Source: Vulcanimicrobiota bacterium (GTDB lineage Bacteria; Vulcanimicrobiota; Vulcanimicrobiia; Vulcanimicrobiales; Vulcanimicrobiaceae). Taken from it: a stretch of DNA of 64,000 nucleotides. The stretch is from NCBI GenBank assembly GCA_963812155.1, contig CAWETW010000002.1, positions 1-64,000 of the forward strand, given 5' to 3'. Shown here one piece after another: positions 43,746 to 53,956 of this stretch. Position numbers and translations under genes: made by a program. The notes below the pieces were generated by a model. It was not told the DNA's origin, searched no databases, and saw only the letters and a program-made list of their open reading frames with translations. Position 1 is the first letter of the stretch. Every line of letters starts with the position of its first letter.

Positions 43746-44213
43746 GTGTCACAAGGATTGGTCGTCGGCATCTTCCCCGGAAACGACTCCGCGGCTATCG
43801 AGAGCGCGCTGAGCGCGCAGCAGATCGACCTGAGCAAGGTGAAGGTCCTCCGCAGCGCTTCCGCCTCGACTCCCGAGGACGAATCGTCCGAACTCGACTT
43901 TGTCGACGTCGTCGAATCAATGGATTCCAACAGCCTTTCCGACGACATGACCAAGGGCATGGGCATCATGGGGGATTCGGGCGGCACCGGCGTTCCGATG
44001 GGCCGCAGCGCCTCGCTTTCGTCGTTCTCATCGCGGGGCGCGACCAAAAACTATCTCACCGGTTTATCCGTGCCCGACGACGAGGCTGAAAACTTCAACG
44101 AAGCCATCGAGGCCGGCCGCTCGGTCATCGCCTATCCCGATGCCGGCGCGGACTCCGACAAGATCGCGGCGGCGTTTCGGGCCGCGGGCCTGCGCAACGT
44201 TCGCTCGTATTAG
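43746..44213 (+). CDS. Hypothetical acidic protein (general-stress-protein-like)
   Basis: AAGGAGG RBS before GTG; LVVGIF N-terminus; LSVPDDEAENFNEAIEAGRSVI C-terminal motif. Confidence 0.7.
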   Translation: MSQGLVVGIFPGNDSAAIESALSAQQIDLSKVKVLRSASASTPEDESSELDFVDVVESMDSNSLSDDMTKGMGIMGDSGGTGVPMGRSASLSSFSSRGATKNYLTGLSVPDDEAENFNEAIEAGRSVIAYPDAGADSDKIAAAFRAAGLRNVRSY

Positions 44214-44246
44214 GGAACCTCAGGACCGCGCCCACTGGAAAGCGGC

Positions 44247-44675
44247 GTGACCGCCAACGAATTTTTTCTCCGGTTGGGTGCGGCGGCGCTCGCAGGCATC
44301 GTAATCGGTTTCGAGCGCCAGTGGCGGCAGCGTGCAGCCGGACTCCACACGAGCAGCCTTGTAGCAACCGGTGCCGCACTCTTCGCGTTACTCGACACGT
44401 CGTTGAACAGCGGCGATACGACGCGCATCGTCGCCGGCGTCGTCACCGGGGTAGGTTTCATCGCGGGCGGAGTCATTCTGCGTGCTGGGGCGGGCGTGAC
44501 GGGCCTCAACACCGCGGCGACGATTTGGGCCACTGCCGCGGTCGGTGCCGCCGCCGGCTTTGGGTTATGGACGCAGGCCGCCGCCGGTACTGCCGCCATC
44601 GTGTTTTTGAACCTGCTGCTTCAGCCGCTCGCCGACGCTATCGATGCGCGAGCGCAACGCTCCGGGAAAGAATGA
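44247..44675 (+). CDS. MgtC/SapB family protein
   Basis: IGFERQ, AGLHT, RIVAGVVTGVGFIAGG, GLNTAATIW. Confidence 0.92.
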   Translation: MTANEFFLRLGAAALAGIVIGFERQWRQRAAGLHTSSLVATGAALFALLDTSLNSGDTTRIVAGVVTGVGFIAGGVILRAGAGVTGLNTAATIWATAAVGAAAGFGLWTQAAAGTAAIVFLNLLLQPLADAIDARAQRSGKE

Positions 44676-45911
44676 ATGCGAGCGACGAAAGCGTCACGAT
44701 TGCCGTCACGGTCCAACCGGCCCATGCCACCGCCGCGCGGATCGGCCGGTCGCGCATCACCGTCCGATTGCGCGCGACGAGCATCGTAAAGACGAGCGTG
44801 ACGGCCGTCGCCAGTCCGGCAGCCACCGACGCCCAGTAGAGCAGCCACATCGTCGGAACGGGAATCATCGCAATCGCCGCAGCCACGGCCAGCGAAAGGA
44901 AGATGGCGCCGTAAAATTCGCGGGCTTCGCGGGGCCGGTTCGCAAGGCCGTAGTTCCACCCGAAGGTTTGCGCGACGACGTATCCGTTCGTCGCCGCGAT
45001 GACCGGCAGTGCGATCGCCGCCGATGCGAGCAGCCCGATCCCGAACAGTATCTCGGCGCCCGATCCGGCCAACGGCTTGAGCGCAGCTGCCGCATCGGCC
45101 GCAGTGCGAATCGGGGTGCCCTCGCTTCCCCACGACGCCGCCGTTGCCACGAGAATGAATAGAAAACTCGAGCCGGCGACGAGCATACCCAACACCGCGT
45201 CGGCATTGAACGCACCGAACTGCGCGGGTTCGGGACGGCGTTGCGCTACTTCGATCGACTCCCAATAGTAGACGTATCCGGTGAGCGTCGTTCCAAGCAA
45301 CGCGAGCGCGCCCGTGACGAACGCAGGCGACGCGCTCCAATGCGGAACGGCAATGTGGCGCAGTACGTCGAGCCAGTTCGGTCGCGCCAGCATCGCGCTG
45401 GCAATGTAACAGAGGAATATCAGCGTAAACGTTGCGAGCGTGCGCTCGATGCGCACGTACGATTTCGTCGCGAGCAGCCAGAAGGCAACGGCGGCCAGCG
45501 GAACGACGAAATACTCGAAGGGAATACGCGTAAGCAACGTCAACGCTTGCGCTCCGGCTTGCACGTCGGCCCCGAGCGTTACGATGCCGATGCCGGCGAT
45601 CGCCGCCGCGGCGATGGTCGCCGGAACGCGCCCGTATGACTGTACGATCGCCTGCTGCAGGCTCATTTGCGACGCGGACGCCACCGATGCCGCAACCCAC
45701 TGAATCACCGCAAGCATCGGGAGTAGCAGCACGACGAGCCATGCCAGACCGTAGCCCGTTGCGGCAGCGACGACGGCAATCGCGCCGACCGTGTCGGATC
45801 GTTGGCGGAAGCTCCCGCTACGAGTCCTGGGCCGAATCCTCGAACGAAACCGCGCGCCCGTGGCGTGCGGCGCACGTCGTCAGCCTTCGTCTCGGACGCA
45901 GCGGAATCCAA
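44638..45911 (-). CDS. NRAMP-like divalent metal transporter (frameshift near 45790)
   Basis: GPGLVAGASANDP, ALLGTTLTGY, multiple TM helices. Confidence 0.8.
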
Positions 45912-46785
45912 GGTGCGACATGCCGGTGTCGATCATTTGCGGCGAGCGCGCCGCAGGGCGGAAGCGCAAGCAGTATCCGGGCGAACACAAAAACGACCCG
46001 CCCTTGAGCACTCTGCGAGGAATACGAATCTGTGGTTGGCACGGATCGTAGCTTCGTTCGCGCGCGTCACCGCCACAGCACGGAGATGCGACGCCGCGAT
46101 CGGTCGTATACCAATCCGACGTCCACTCCCACACGTTGCCCGCCATGTCGAAGAGTCCGTATCCATTTGCTGCAAACGATCCGACCGGCACGGTTCCGGG
46201 ACCGCGGCGGGCGGTGCTCTTCCACGGAAACTCGCCCTGCCAGGTGTTCGCGGCCGGCTTTCCGTTCGGTTCCATCTCGTCGCCCCACACGAAGTCTTTG
46301 CCGTCGAGTCCCCCGCGCGCGGCGAATTCCCATTCCGTTTCGGTGGGTAGGCGCTTACCGGCCCATCGCGCGTAGGCGTCCACGTCTTCCCATGCTACAT
46401 GGACGACCGGATGATCGGGGCGGGACGCACTGGAACTGCCCGGGCCCTCGGGATGCTTCCAAAACGCGCCGGGCACCCACGACCACCACTGCGCGTAGTC
46501 GCGCAGATTCACCGGGCCCCCGGTCATGTGAAAAACCATCGAACCCGGGACGAGATTCTCGGCCGGCGCGCCCGGGAAATCGGCTGCGTCTGGAACGCGC
46601 TCGGCGACCGTCACGTATCCGGTCTTGCGCACGAACTTCGCAAAGTCGGCGTTCGTCACCGCGTACGCATCGATCCAGTACCCGTCGTCGATGCGTACCT
46701 CGCGCGCCGGCGCCTCCTCGGGATAGAACCGGTCCGACCCCATGCGGAACGCCGCGGGTTCGATCCAAATCATTCCGTCGCGCAC
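45880..46785 (-). CDS. Formylglycine-generating enzyme (sulfatase-modifying factor)
   Basis: FRMGSD..YPEE, HPVVHV, RLPTETEWE, NGYGLFDMAGNVWEW, KGGSFLCSPGYCLRFRPAAR with both catalytic Cys. Confidence 0.93.
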   Translation of the reverse strand: MRDGMIWIEPAAFRMGSDRFYPEEAPAREVRIDDGYWIDAYAVTNADFAKFVRKTGYVTVAERVPDAADFPGAPAENLVPGSMVFHMTGGPVNLRDYAQWWSWVPGAFWKHPEGPGSSSASRPDHPVVHVAWEDVDAYARWAGKRLPTETEWEFAARGGLDGKDFVWGDEMEPNGKPAANTWQGEFPWKSTARRGPGTVPVGSFAANGYGLFDMAGNVWEWTSDWYTTDRGVASPCCGGDARERSYDPCQPQIRIPRRVLKGGSFLCSPGYCLRFRPAARSPQMIDTGMSHLGFRCVRDEG

Positions 46786-46802
46786 GTTGCTACTCTAACG
46801 CG

Positions 46803-47546
46803 TTAGTCGTGGCGGTCGAACTCGGCCGCAAGGCCCTCGCCAAGCCGCTTGCGGTCTTTCTCGCCTACGGTCAGCGGGGCGGGTTCCCACGGCTCCCACT
46901 CTTCCCAGCCCAGCGCCTGCGACGTCAGCCGGAAGCCAAACCCGACGACGAACGCAATGGCCGTCGAAGATATCACCGACATGCCGAAAGTTTGATTGCA
47001 AAGCACGTATGCGGTGCCGGTCAAAATCGCCGCCAACACGAAGAACTCGCCGCGTACCAGCTGTTTTGGAACCACCAGGCAGGCGACGTCGATGATCCAG
47101 CGCCCAGCCGTCGTCGCGATGACGCCGATGACGACGGCCGCAATATACCCGAGATTCGCGTGAAGCGCGGCTTGCGCGCCGACGATCGCGTACCACGGAA
47201 GTGAGAACGCCGTCATGAACTGGAACAAACCGTCTTTGAATCGCTGGGCGCTGACGTAATCGATGAGCAGCGCCAGCGCGGCTGCGGTGAAGCAGAAGAT
47301 CAAATACCACGGATTCTCTAGCGGCGACGGGATCTTATTGACGAGCACGTCGCGCACGATGCCGCCGCCTATGCCGCCCGCATATGCGAGAATGATGATC
47401 CCGATAACCGTAAAATGCCTGTAGTGATCGGGCCTGCGGGCCAGCAACGCGCCGTTGAACGCATTCGTCGTAGCCGCAATAAGTGAGATGACGTCGACGG
47501 TCGTCAGCGTCCAGATGCCGAACTTCGAAACGATCAGCGGCGTCAT
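46803..47546 (-). CDS. TRIC cation channel/UPF0126 family protein
   Basis: GGIGGGIVRDVL and TAGRWIIDV duplicated motifs. Confidence 0.85.
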   Translation of the reverse strand: MTPLIVSKFGIWTLTTVDVISLIAATTNAFNGALLARRPDHYRHFTVIGIIILAYAGGIGGGIVRDVLVNKIPSPLENPWYLIFCFTAAALALLIDYVSAQRFKDGLFQFMTAFSLPWYAIVGAQAALHANLGYIAAVVIGVIATTAGRWIIDVACLVVPKQLVRGEFFVLAAILTGTAYVLCNQTFGMSVISSTAIAFVVGFGFRLTSQALGWEEWEPWEPAPLTVGEKDRKRLGEGLAAEFDRHD

Positions 47547-48385
47547 GCGACCACCTTCGCCGTTTTTGCATAGTACGCACCCAGAATCGTCACGAGAACG
47601 AACTGGATGATAAAGTAGACGAGCACCGTGGCGGCGACTTGGTCGCTTTGGAAGTTCGACGTCGCGACGAGTGCGCCGAGACCGACGTTACGAAGCGCCG
47701 TGCCGAGCGAGAGCACCCGCCGGTCCTGACGCGCCGGGCCGCCGAGCAGCCATCCGGCGCCCAGCGAAACGAGCACGGTGCAGAGCATCGCCCACATGCC
47801 GTTGGATCCGTACACCGATGCGATGGAGTGGACGAGCTTCGGCGCCAGGACCGCGATCAAGGCGATCGCCGCCGCGAAAAACACGATCTCCAACGGTCTT
47901 CCCAATCGTTGCGCCGCTGCCGGCGAGCGCTCGCCAACGAGCATTCCCAGCAGCAGGGGCAGAAACTGGAACAGCACGAGCGTCACCAGAAACTGTCCGA
48001 GCGGAACGTGCGCCGAAGCTCCCGGCGGAAGCACGAGGGCTGCGGTGATCGGGATGGTGAGAATCGACAGCAGCGGCAGCACGAAGGCCAGCTCCACCGC
48101 CAGCGCGAGACGGCCGCCGCGCTTTCGCACCTGCGCCAGCACGAAAGGCACGCCGGGCGCGATCGCCATGAGTAGAAAACCCGTCTCGACCTCGACGGGC
48201 AAGCGGAAGAGCCGCGCGAGACCGTACCCGGCCGCAGGAACGATGAGAAAGTTTGCAATCAACACACGAACGAGCAGACTGGCGTTCTTGAAAATCTCGA
48301 CGAGGTGCGCGCGATTGACCTGCAGGCCGGCGCCGAACGTCAGCGACGCCAGCATGATTGCCGCGAGGATTCGTTCGATGATCAC
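47543..48385 (-). CDS. Bile acid:sodium symporter family transporter
   Basis: LIANFLIVP, MAIAPG.P, ALRNVGL; about 9 TM helices. Confidence 0.8.
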   Translation of the reverse strand: MIIERILAAIMLASLTFGAGLQVNRAHLVEIFKNASLLVRVLIANFLIVPAAGYGLARLFRLPVEVETGFLLMAIAPGVPFVLAQVRKRGGRLALAVELAFVLPLLSILTIPITAALVLPPGASAHVPLGQFLVTLVLFQFLPLLLGMLVGERSPAAAQRLGRPLEIVFFAAAIALIAVLAPKLVHSIASVYGSNGMWAMLCTVLVSLGAGWLLGGPARQDRRVLSLGTALRNVGLGALVATSNFQSDQVAATVLVYFIIQFVLVTILGAYYAKTAKVVA

Positions 48386-48491
48386 AAGCTACTCCCGCAC
48401 GCGTTCGAGTGGTACGATCACATGGCAGCCTTTGCGCAGAGGTCGCCTGCTTCTCGCAACCGCGCATCGCTCCCTCCCCTTGCGGCAGCAC

Positions 48492-49724
48492 TTACGACGC
48501 ATTGAAAACGATCTGGTCCCATTCCCACAATTGCTTGAAAAAATCGCGCGCGAACGTCCGGTCTTCGGCGTCTCCGCAAATTTCTGCGATGGTTCGTTCG
48601 CCGTCCACAGCTGCAAGGAGGCGTTCTTGTCGCGCGCTCACGGGAAGATAGAGATCGGTATCGACGTGGTTCCGGTTAATGAGCACGGCCGCGGCACCGG
48701 CGGGAAGGCGTTCGCGCACGGCGATCGTTCCGGGCACCGCAATGGGAACGTATCCAAGCCAGTCGTCGCCGTCGAAACGGACCGCGCGCGGTGCGGACGC
48801 ATCGTCGCTGACGTATGCGATCGCGCTGTGACGCGCCATCGTCCCGCGAAATAATTCCATCGCCGCGTACTGCGCTTGGCGCGGAAGCCGCGCAAGCACG
48901 GCGGCGTGCGGCGTCGAGGCCGGCCCCCCGCACGCCGGAAGGTAGGGTGCTTGGCGGACCCATCGCGCGAATGTGAATCCACCACGATCGAGCAGCTCGA
49001 AGAACTGCGCGACGTCGTACGCACGATCGCGCGGATGCAGCAGCGCGTCGGCCAGCGCGTCCGGATTTAAAAAATCCGGCGAGGCACGCAGCAACGGTAC
49101 GAGCGGATGATCGGCGGGGAGCGCCTCGAGGGTCGCGGCGAGATCGCGAATCTCCGCGCTCGACCAGCCAATCCCGAGGCGGCGGCAGTACTCCTGCAGC
49201 ATGTAGACGCCCGCGCGCCCGTACGGCGCGTAGACCATGACGTTCAGTGCACCGCCGGAACGTACCGCCGCGCGAATCGCACGTAATCCCGCGACCGGAT
49301 CCGCCAGATGATGGAGCACGCCGGTACATACGGCAAAGTCGAAGCGTTCGCCGAGTTCGTTCACGCTTTCGACGGCGAGGCGGCGCAGTTCGAGATTGTC
49401 GAGGCGATGTTTTCGTTTCAGCGCGGCCGCAAGTTCGATGCTCGTGGCGCTGACGTCGATCCCCACGACGCGGGCGCGCGGCCAGCGTAAAGCGTGGTGC
49501 ACGGCCTGCATCGTGCCGCATCCGGCAACGAGAATGCTGCGGTCGTCGCGATACGCTTGCGAAGGGAATATGAGGGCGGACTCCGCTCCCCGGCGCCGCT
49601 CGTCCCAGCTCCGGCGATATGCCGCCACGTCGTCGAGCGGCGGCGGATACGGATGGTTTTCGTAAAACTCGCCCACGCGAGCGGCGATGGCGGCTTGCGC
49701 CGCCATCGCTTCGTCGTCGTCCAA
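48492..49724 (-). CDS. Class I SAM-dependent methyltransferase
   Basis: FYENHPYP, ILVAGCGT, GIDVS, CTGVLHHL, DALLHPRD. Confidence 0.88.
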   Translation of the reverse strand: MDDDEAMAAQAAIAARVGEFYENHPYPPPLDDVAAYRRSWDERRRGAESALIFPSQAYRDDRSILVAGCGTMQAVHHALRWPRARVVGIDVSATSIELAAALKRKHRLDNLELRRLAVESVNELGERFDFAVCTGVLHHLADPVAGLRAIRAAVRSGGALNVMVYAPYGRAGVYMLQEYCRRLGIGWSSAEIRDLAATLEALPADHPLVPLLRASPDFLNPDALADALLHPRDRAYDVAQFFELLDRGGFTFARWVRQAPYLPACGGPASTPHAAVLARLPRQAQYAAMELFRGTMARHSAIAYVSDDASAPRAVRFDGDDWLGYVPIAVPGTIAVRERLPAGAAAVLINRNHVDTDLYLPVSARQERLLAAVDGERTIAEICGDAEDRTFARDFFKQLWEWDQIVFNAS

Positions 49725-49730
49725 CGGGTG

Positions 49731-51245
49731 CTAACCGTGCGGCGTTTTCACCTGTTCCATCACCGAATCGAGGTTGAACGAAGCCGGTTTTTGGCGCGGC
49801 GGGAACTTCTCGAAGTCCGCAATTTGTCCCGCGATCACCGCTTGCATCATGTACAGCTGGGGCGCGTGGTCGACCATCCAGTCCCAGTAGGTGTTCGAGT
49901 TGAAGTCGGCTCGTTCGAAGGGGTCGCGCCGCAAGCTCATGATATGCGGCAAACGGAGTTTCACGAACGGCTCGGCCCACTGTTGCATCGTATTCGCCCG
50001 TTGAACCGACAGATTGAACTTCCAGTCGCCGACGCGGACCGCGATGACGTCGCCGTCGTCGCTGAAGTATACGATCGCGTTTCTCGGACTTTCCTTCACC
50101 GCACCGCTGAGGTACGGAATCATGTTGTAGCCGTCCAGATGGACGTTGAACTTCTTACCGCCTACCTTACAGCCGTCGAGCAGCTGCTGGGTGACGTCCG
50201 GATTGCCGGCAGCGGCCAGCAGCGTCGGGAACATGTCGATGTGCGAGACGATGCCGTTATAAACCGCCCCCGGCTTGATCGTGCCGGGCCAGCGCATGAA
50301 GCACGGCACGCGCCAGCCGCCTTCCCAGTTGGAGTCTTTTTGCCCGCGGAACGGCGTGTTGGCGCCGTCGGGCCAGGTATCGTTCTCGGGGCCGTTATCG
50401 GTCGAGTACATGACGATCGTATTGTCGGCGATGCCCAACTCGTCGAGCTTGTCGAGCATCATGCCGATTTGCTCGTCGTGCACGACCATTCGATCGCTGT
50501 ACGGATCTTGCCCGCTCTTACCGATGTTCTTTGGTGCGACGTGCGTGCGGAAATGCATGGCGGTGGAGTTGTACCACAGGAAAAACGGCTGATCTGCCTT
50601 GGCTTGTTTCTCCATCCACTCCAGCGCGGCGCTGGTGATCTCTTCGTCGATGGTTTCCATTCGCTTCTTGGTCAGGGGACCGGTGTCCACGACCGTCTGT
50701 TTGCCCACGCGGCCAAAGCGCGGATCGACCGTGGGGTCGTCCGTGTCGGTCGCCTTACAATGAAGCACGCCGCGCGGCCCAAACATTTCCTTGAACTTCG
50801 GATCCTTTGGATAATCGGGGAGTTCGGGCTCTTCCTCGGCGTTGAGATGGTAGAGGTTGCCGAAGAACTCATCGAAGCCGTGCACGGTCGGCAGAAACTC
50901 ATTGCGGTCGCCCAAATGATTCTTGCCGAACTGGCCGGTGACGTAGCCTTGCGGCTTGAGCAGCTCGGCGATGGTGGGGTCTTCCGGCTGCAGGCCGACC
51001 GTCGCTCCGGGCATGCCCACCTTGGTGAGGCCAGTGCGAATCGGGTTCTGACCCGTGATGAAGCAGGCGCGGCCGGCGGTGCAGCTCTGCTGCGAGTAAT
51101 AGTCGGTGAAGAGGCCGCCTTCATTGGCGACGCGGTCGATGTTTGGGGTGCGGTATCCCATCATGCCGTTGCTGAATTTACTGACATTCCAGATGCCGAT
51201 ATCATCTCCCCAAAGAATCAAAATATTGGGCTTTTTGTTAGCCAT
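49731..51245 (-). CDS. Cytoplasmic Cys-type arylsulfatase
   Basis: KPNILILWGDD, SCTAGR (CxxxR), GKNHLG, STDNG; no signal peptide. Confidence 0.93.
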   Translation of the reverse strand: MANKKPNILILWGDDIGIWNVSKFSNGMMGYRTPNIDRVANEGGLFTDYYSQQSCTAGRACFITGQNPIRTGLTKVGMPGATVGLQPEDPTIAELLKPQGYVTGQFGKNHLGDRNEFLPTVHGFDEFFGNLYHLNAEEEPELPDYPKDPKFKEMFGPRGVLHCKATDTDDPTVDPRFGRVGKQTVVDTGPLTKKRMETIDEEITSAALEWMEKQAKADQPFFLWYNSTAMHFRTHVAPKNIGKSGQDPYSDRMVVHDEQIGMMLDKLDELGIADNTIVMYSTDNGPENDTWPDGANTPFRGQKDSNWEGGWRVPCFMRWPGTIKPGAVYNGIVSHIDMFPTLLAAAGNPDVTQQLLDGCKVGGKKFNVHLDGYNMIPYLSGAVKESPRNAIVYFSDDGDVIAVRVGDWKFNLSVQRANTMQQWAEPFVKLRLPHIMSLRRDPFERADFNSNTYWDWMVDHAPQLYMMQAVIAGQIADFEKFPPRQKPASFNLDSVMEQVKTPHG

Positions 51246-51394
51246 ACTGTACTCCCGTAAAGAGGTCGCCCTACCGTCGCGACTATGGATGAGGAGGGCT
51301 GAAGGTTCGCGGGCCGGCAGCGCGCGCCTGCTCGCCTCGGGGCGCCGATTGACGCTGATTTACAAAGATGAAGAAATGTTAAAAGCGCTTTTCC

Positions 51395-51760
51395 TTACGA
51401 TACGGTGGACGTGATCACGGAATCGTTCGAAACGAATGCGACGGAGCCGCTCGACTCGAGAAAGGCGCCGCAAACCATGCCGTAAACGGCTATTGCCCCG
51501 CTAACGGTGACGTCGCCGGCCACGACTCCGTGGACGTAGGCGACCGCACCACTTTGCACCGCGACTTTGCCGGTCACCATCCCCCTAAGGATGAGCTGCG
51601 CGCCGTCGTGAACCGTTACGTCTCCGATCAGCATGCCGACCAGTTCGGTCGTCTTATAGCAGTCGATGCCGCCTTGGTCGTTCAAGCCCGTGATAGGCCA
51701 TTCGACCGACTTGGCGGGAAACGTCCTAAGGAACTGCTCCTCGCTCCATCGTGCAGGCAT
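51395..51760 (-). CDS. Hypothetical protein with bactofilin-like beta-helix repeats
   Basis: GMLIGDVTV...GMVTGKVAV...GVVAGDVTV...GMVCG repeats; start uncertain. Confidence 0.5.
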   Translation of the reverse strand: MPARWSEEQFLRTFPAKSVEWPITGLNDQGGIDCYKTTELVGMLIGDVTVHDGAQLILRGMVTGKVAVQSGAVAYVHGVVAGDVTVSGAIAVYGMVCGAFLESSGSVAFVSNDSVITSTVS

Positions 51761-51942
51761 AGCGAGATGCTGCGGCGTCGACGCAAGCGATCCTCCCGAG
51801 CCGGCGGCAGGCGCGCCCTCACCGGTGACGAGAACTCCGGCGGGTACTGTGAGGATTCGATATCGTGCCGACGTCGAGCGCCCGATCGTCGATCGCATCG
51901 CCGACGTTGCATCCTCTGGCGAAACGTAAACATCGTAAAGAA

Positions 51943-52452
51943 ATGTTAAGCATGTGGCTCTGGAGTGCGGCGCTCGTTTTTGTCACGATCAGCCTCCATG
52001 TCGCCGGCATAACGGCCATTACGCGCGGGCTGCGCACCTTTTGGTCCGATGACGTCGATCGGCGATTTACGTATTTGGCCAGCAGTCCGGGGGTCATCGG
52101 GATCATCGTCGCCGCCGCACTGACGCTCGCGGTGCTCCACGGCATCGAATGCATCGCGTGGGCGGGGGCGTATCTGAAGACCGGAGCCCTTGCAACGTCT
52201 TCGGATGCGATGCTCTACTCGGTCGGCTCGATGACGACGCGCGGAGCGTCGGATCTGACGCCGAAGCCGGAATGGCGATTAATGGGCGCAATCGAAGCCG
52301 GTGACGGGATGTTGCTCTTCGGAATCAGCACGGCGTTTCTCTTCAGCGTCATGCTGCGGTTGTGGCGCGTTACCTCGCCGCTTTCGCAACCGTTCCGGGC
52401 GGAGCCGCCGGAGGTGAATCGGGAACGAGCCCCGAGGAAGCGCGATGCTTGA
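51943..52452 (+). CDS. Small ion-channel-domain (Ion_trans_2-like) membrane protein
   Basis: LHGIECIAWA...AMLYSVGSMTTRGASD...WRLMGAIEAGDGMLLFG. Confidence 0.7.
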   Translation: MLSMWLWSAALVFVTISLHVAGITAITRGLRTFWSDDVDRRFTYLASSPGVIGIIVAAALTLAVLHGIECIAWAGAYLKTGALATSSDAMLYSVGSMTTRGASDLTPKPEWRLMGAIEAGDGMLLFGISTAFLFSVMLRLWRVTSPLSQPFRAEPPEVNRERAPRKRDA

Positions 52453-53068
52453 GCGGGGCGTGGTCGATCGCATCGTCGACGTTTTGTCGGTGACGCTTAT
52501 CTCGGCTGCGGCGGTGCTCTCGGCGGTCTGCGGGTATCAATCGGGGCGCTGGAGCGGCGAGCAAACGCGCCTCTACAACGTGGCAAACGCGGAGCGCGTG
52601 AGTTCCGCGGTGATCGCCAATCGCTCGATCGCGCTCACCGCCATTGACGTCAACATGTTTCTCCAGTACGTCGACGCGGTCGACGAGGGAAACGCTCGTC
52701 GTGCGGCCTTTTTCTTCCAGCGCTTTCGCGCGCCGATGCGGGACGCCACGCGCGCGTGGCTCGCAACGCATCCCCTGCGCAACGCGCACGCTCCCGCGTC
52801 GCCGTTTGAGATGCCGCAGTATGGCCGCGAAAACGCCGACGCGGCACCGCGGTACGAAACTCAGGCTCGCGAGGCCTTTGACGCGGCGCAAACCGCAAAC
52901 CGGCACGCCGACAATTTCACTCTTTTAACCGTCGTGTTTGCGAGCGTCTCGTTTCTGGCCGGCATGAGCACGAAGATGGCGTATCCGCGCCACGCGATCG
53001 TCGTTTTCGTCGGCATCGTGGCGCTGATCTACGGTATCGTCCGCCTGGCGGCGTTGCCGTTCTTGTAG
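52445..53068 (+). CDS. Hypothetical membrane protein (DUF4337-like)
   Basis: N-terminal TM, helical soluble region, two C-terminal TMs; overlaps the upstream stop. Confidence 0.65.
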   Translation: MLERGVVDRIVDVLSVTLISAAAVLSAVCGYQSGRWSGEQTRLYNVANAERVSSAVIANRSIALTAIDVNMFLQYVDAVDEGNARRAAFFFQRFRAPMRDATRAWLATHPLRNAHAPASPFEMPQYGRENADAAPRYETQAREAFDAAQTANRHADNFTLLTVVFASVSFLAGMSTKMAYPRHAIVVFVGIVALIYGIVRLAALPFL

Positions 53069-53074
53069 CCGGCT

Positions 53075-53953
53075 ATGGACGACGCGGTGCGAGAACCAGC
53101 CCCCCTCGACGAATCCGCCTTGCGCGACCCGCTCGAGCGGCCGGTCTTCATCGCGTCGGTCGTCGGGAACTTTTTGCTGATGGCGATCGCCATCGCGTTC
53201 ATCTTCTACCAGCCCGCTTGGATGAAGTCGCATCCGGTCATCGGAAAGGACATCTCGTTCCTTCGGGTGCTCGCCATCTCCGCGCTGATCGGCGTCCCGC
53301 TGCTCGTGCTGAACCGAAATCGCCGCGAAGCGTCAGTCCGAGGCAATTCGGTTCGCCTTTCGGAGCGCCAATTTCCCGAAGTCTATGCAGTCTTCCGCAG
53401 CCACTGTGAGCGCCTCGGCATGACGGAGATGCCCGAACTGTTCATCACGACCGGCACGATCGAGCCGTTCTCTCAAGCGTTCTCGTCCTGGCGCGAGAAC
53501 TACATCGTGCTCCATCAGGTATTGTTCGACATCGACGACCGCAAAACGATGGACGTCATATCGTTCGTTCTCGCCCACGAACTCGGGGCCGTGCGGCTCA
53601 ACCAAACCGCGGTCTGGAATGAAATGCTGCTGACCTACGTGTCGGCAATCAAGTGGCTACGCAATCCGCTCGAACGCGCGCGCACCTACTCGCGCGACCG
53701 TTACGGCGCCGCCCTCTCGCCGACCGGCTTTCGCGGTCTGCTCATCAACGCCATCGGCCGCCGGTTGATGGATCGCGTCGACATCGAAGACTACCTCAAC
53801 CAAGAGCGCCGGTACGGTGGTTTCTGGTCGGCGGTAAACGTATTTTTCGAGGCGAAGCCGCAAGTCTTCACGCGCCTGGCGCGACTGCACGAAGCCGGAT
53901 ACCGCTACGTGCCGCACGAGCAGCCCGCCGCGTTGCCGAAAGGGCCGGGCTAG
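53075..53953 (+). CDS. M48 peptidase-like membrane protein with a degenerate zinc motif
   Basis: RLSERQFPEVY, PELFI, FVLAHELGA (HExxA), RARTYSRDRYG. Confidence 0.75.
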   Translation: MDDAVREPAPLDESALRDPLERPVFIASVVGNFLLMAIAIAFIFYQPAWMKSHPVIGKDISFLRVLAISALIGVPLLVLNRNRREASVRGNSVRLSERQFPEVYAVFRSHCERLGMTEMPELFITTGTIEPFSQAFSSWRENYIVLHQVLFDIDDRKTMDVISFVLAHELGAVRLNQTAVWNEMLLTYVSAIKWLRNPLERARTYSRDRYGAALSPTGFRGLLINAIGRRLMDRVDIEDYLNQERRYGGFWSAVNVFFEAKPQVFTRLARLHEAGYRYVPHEQPAALPKGPG

Positions 53954-53956
53954 GCC

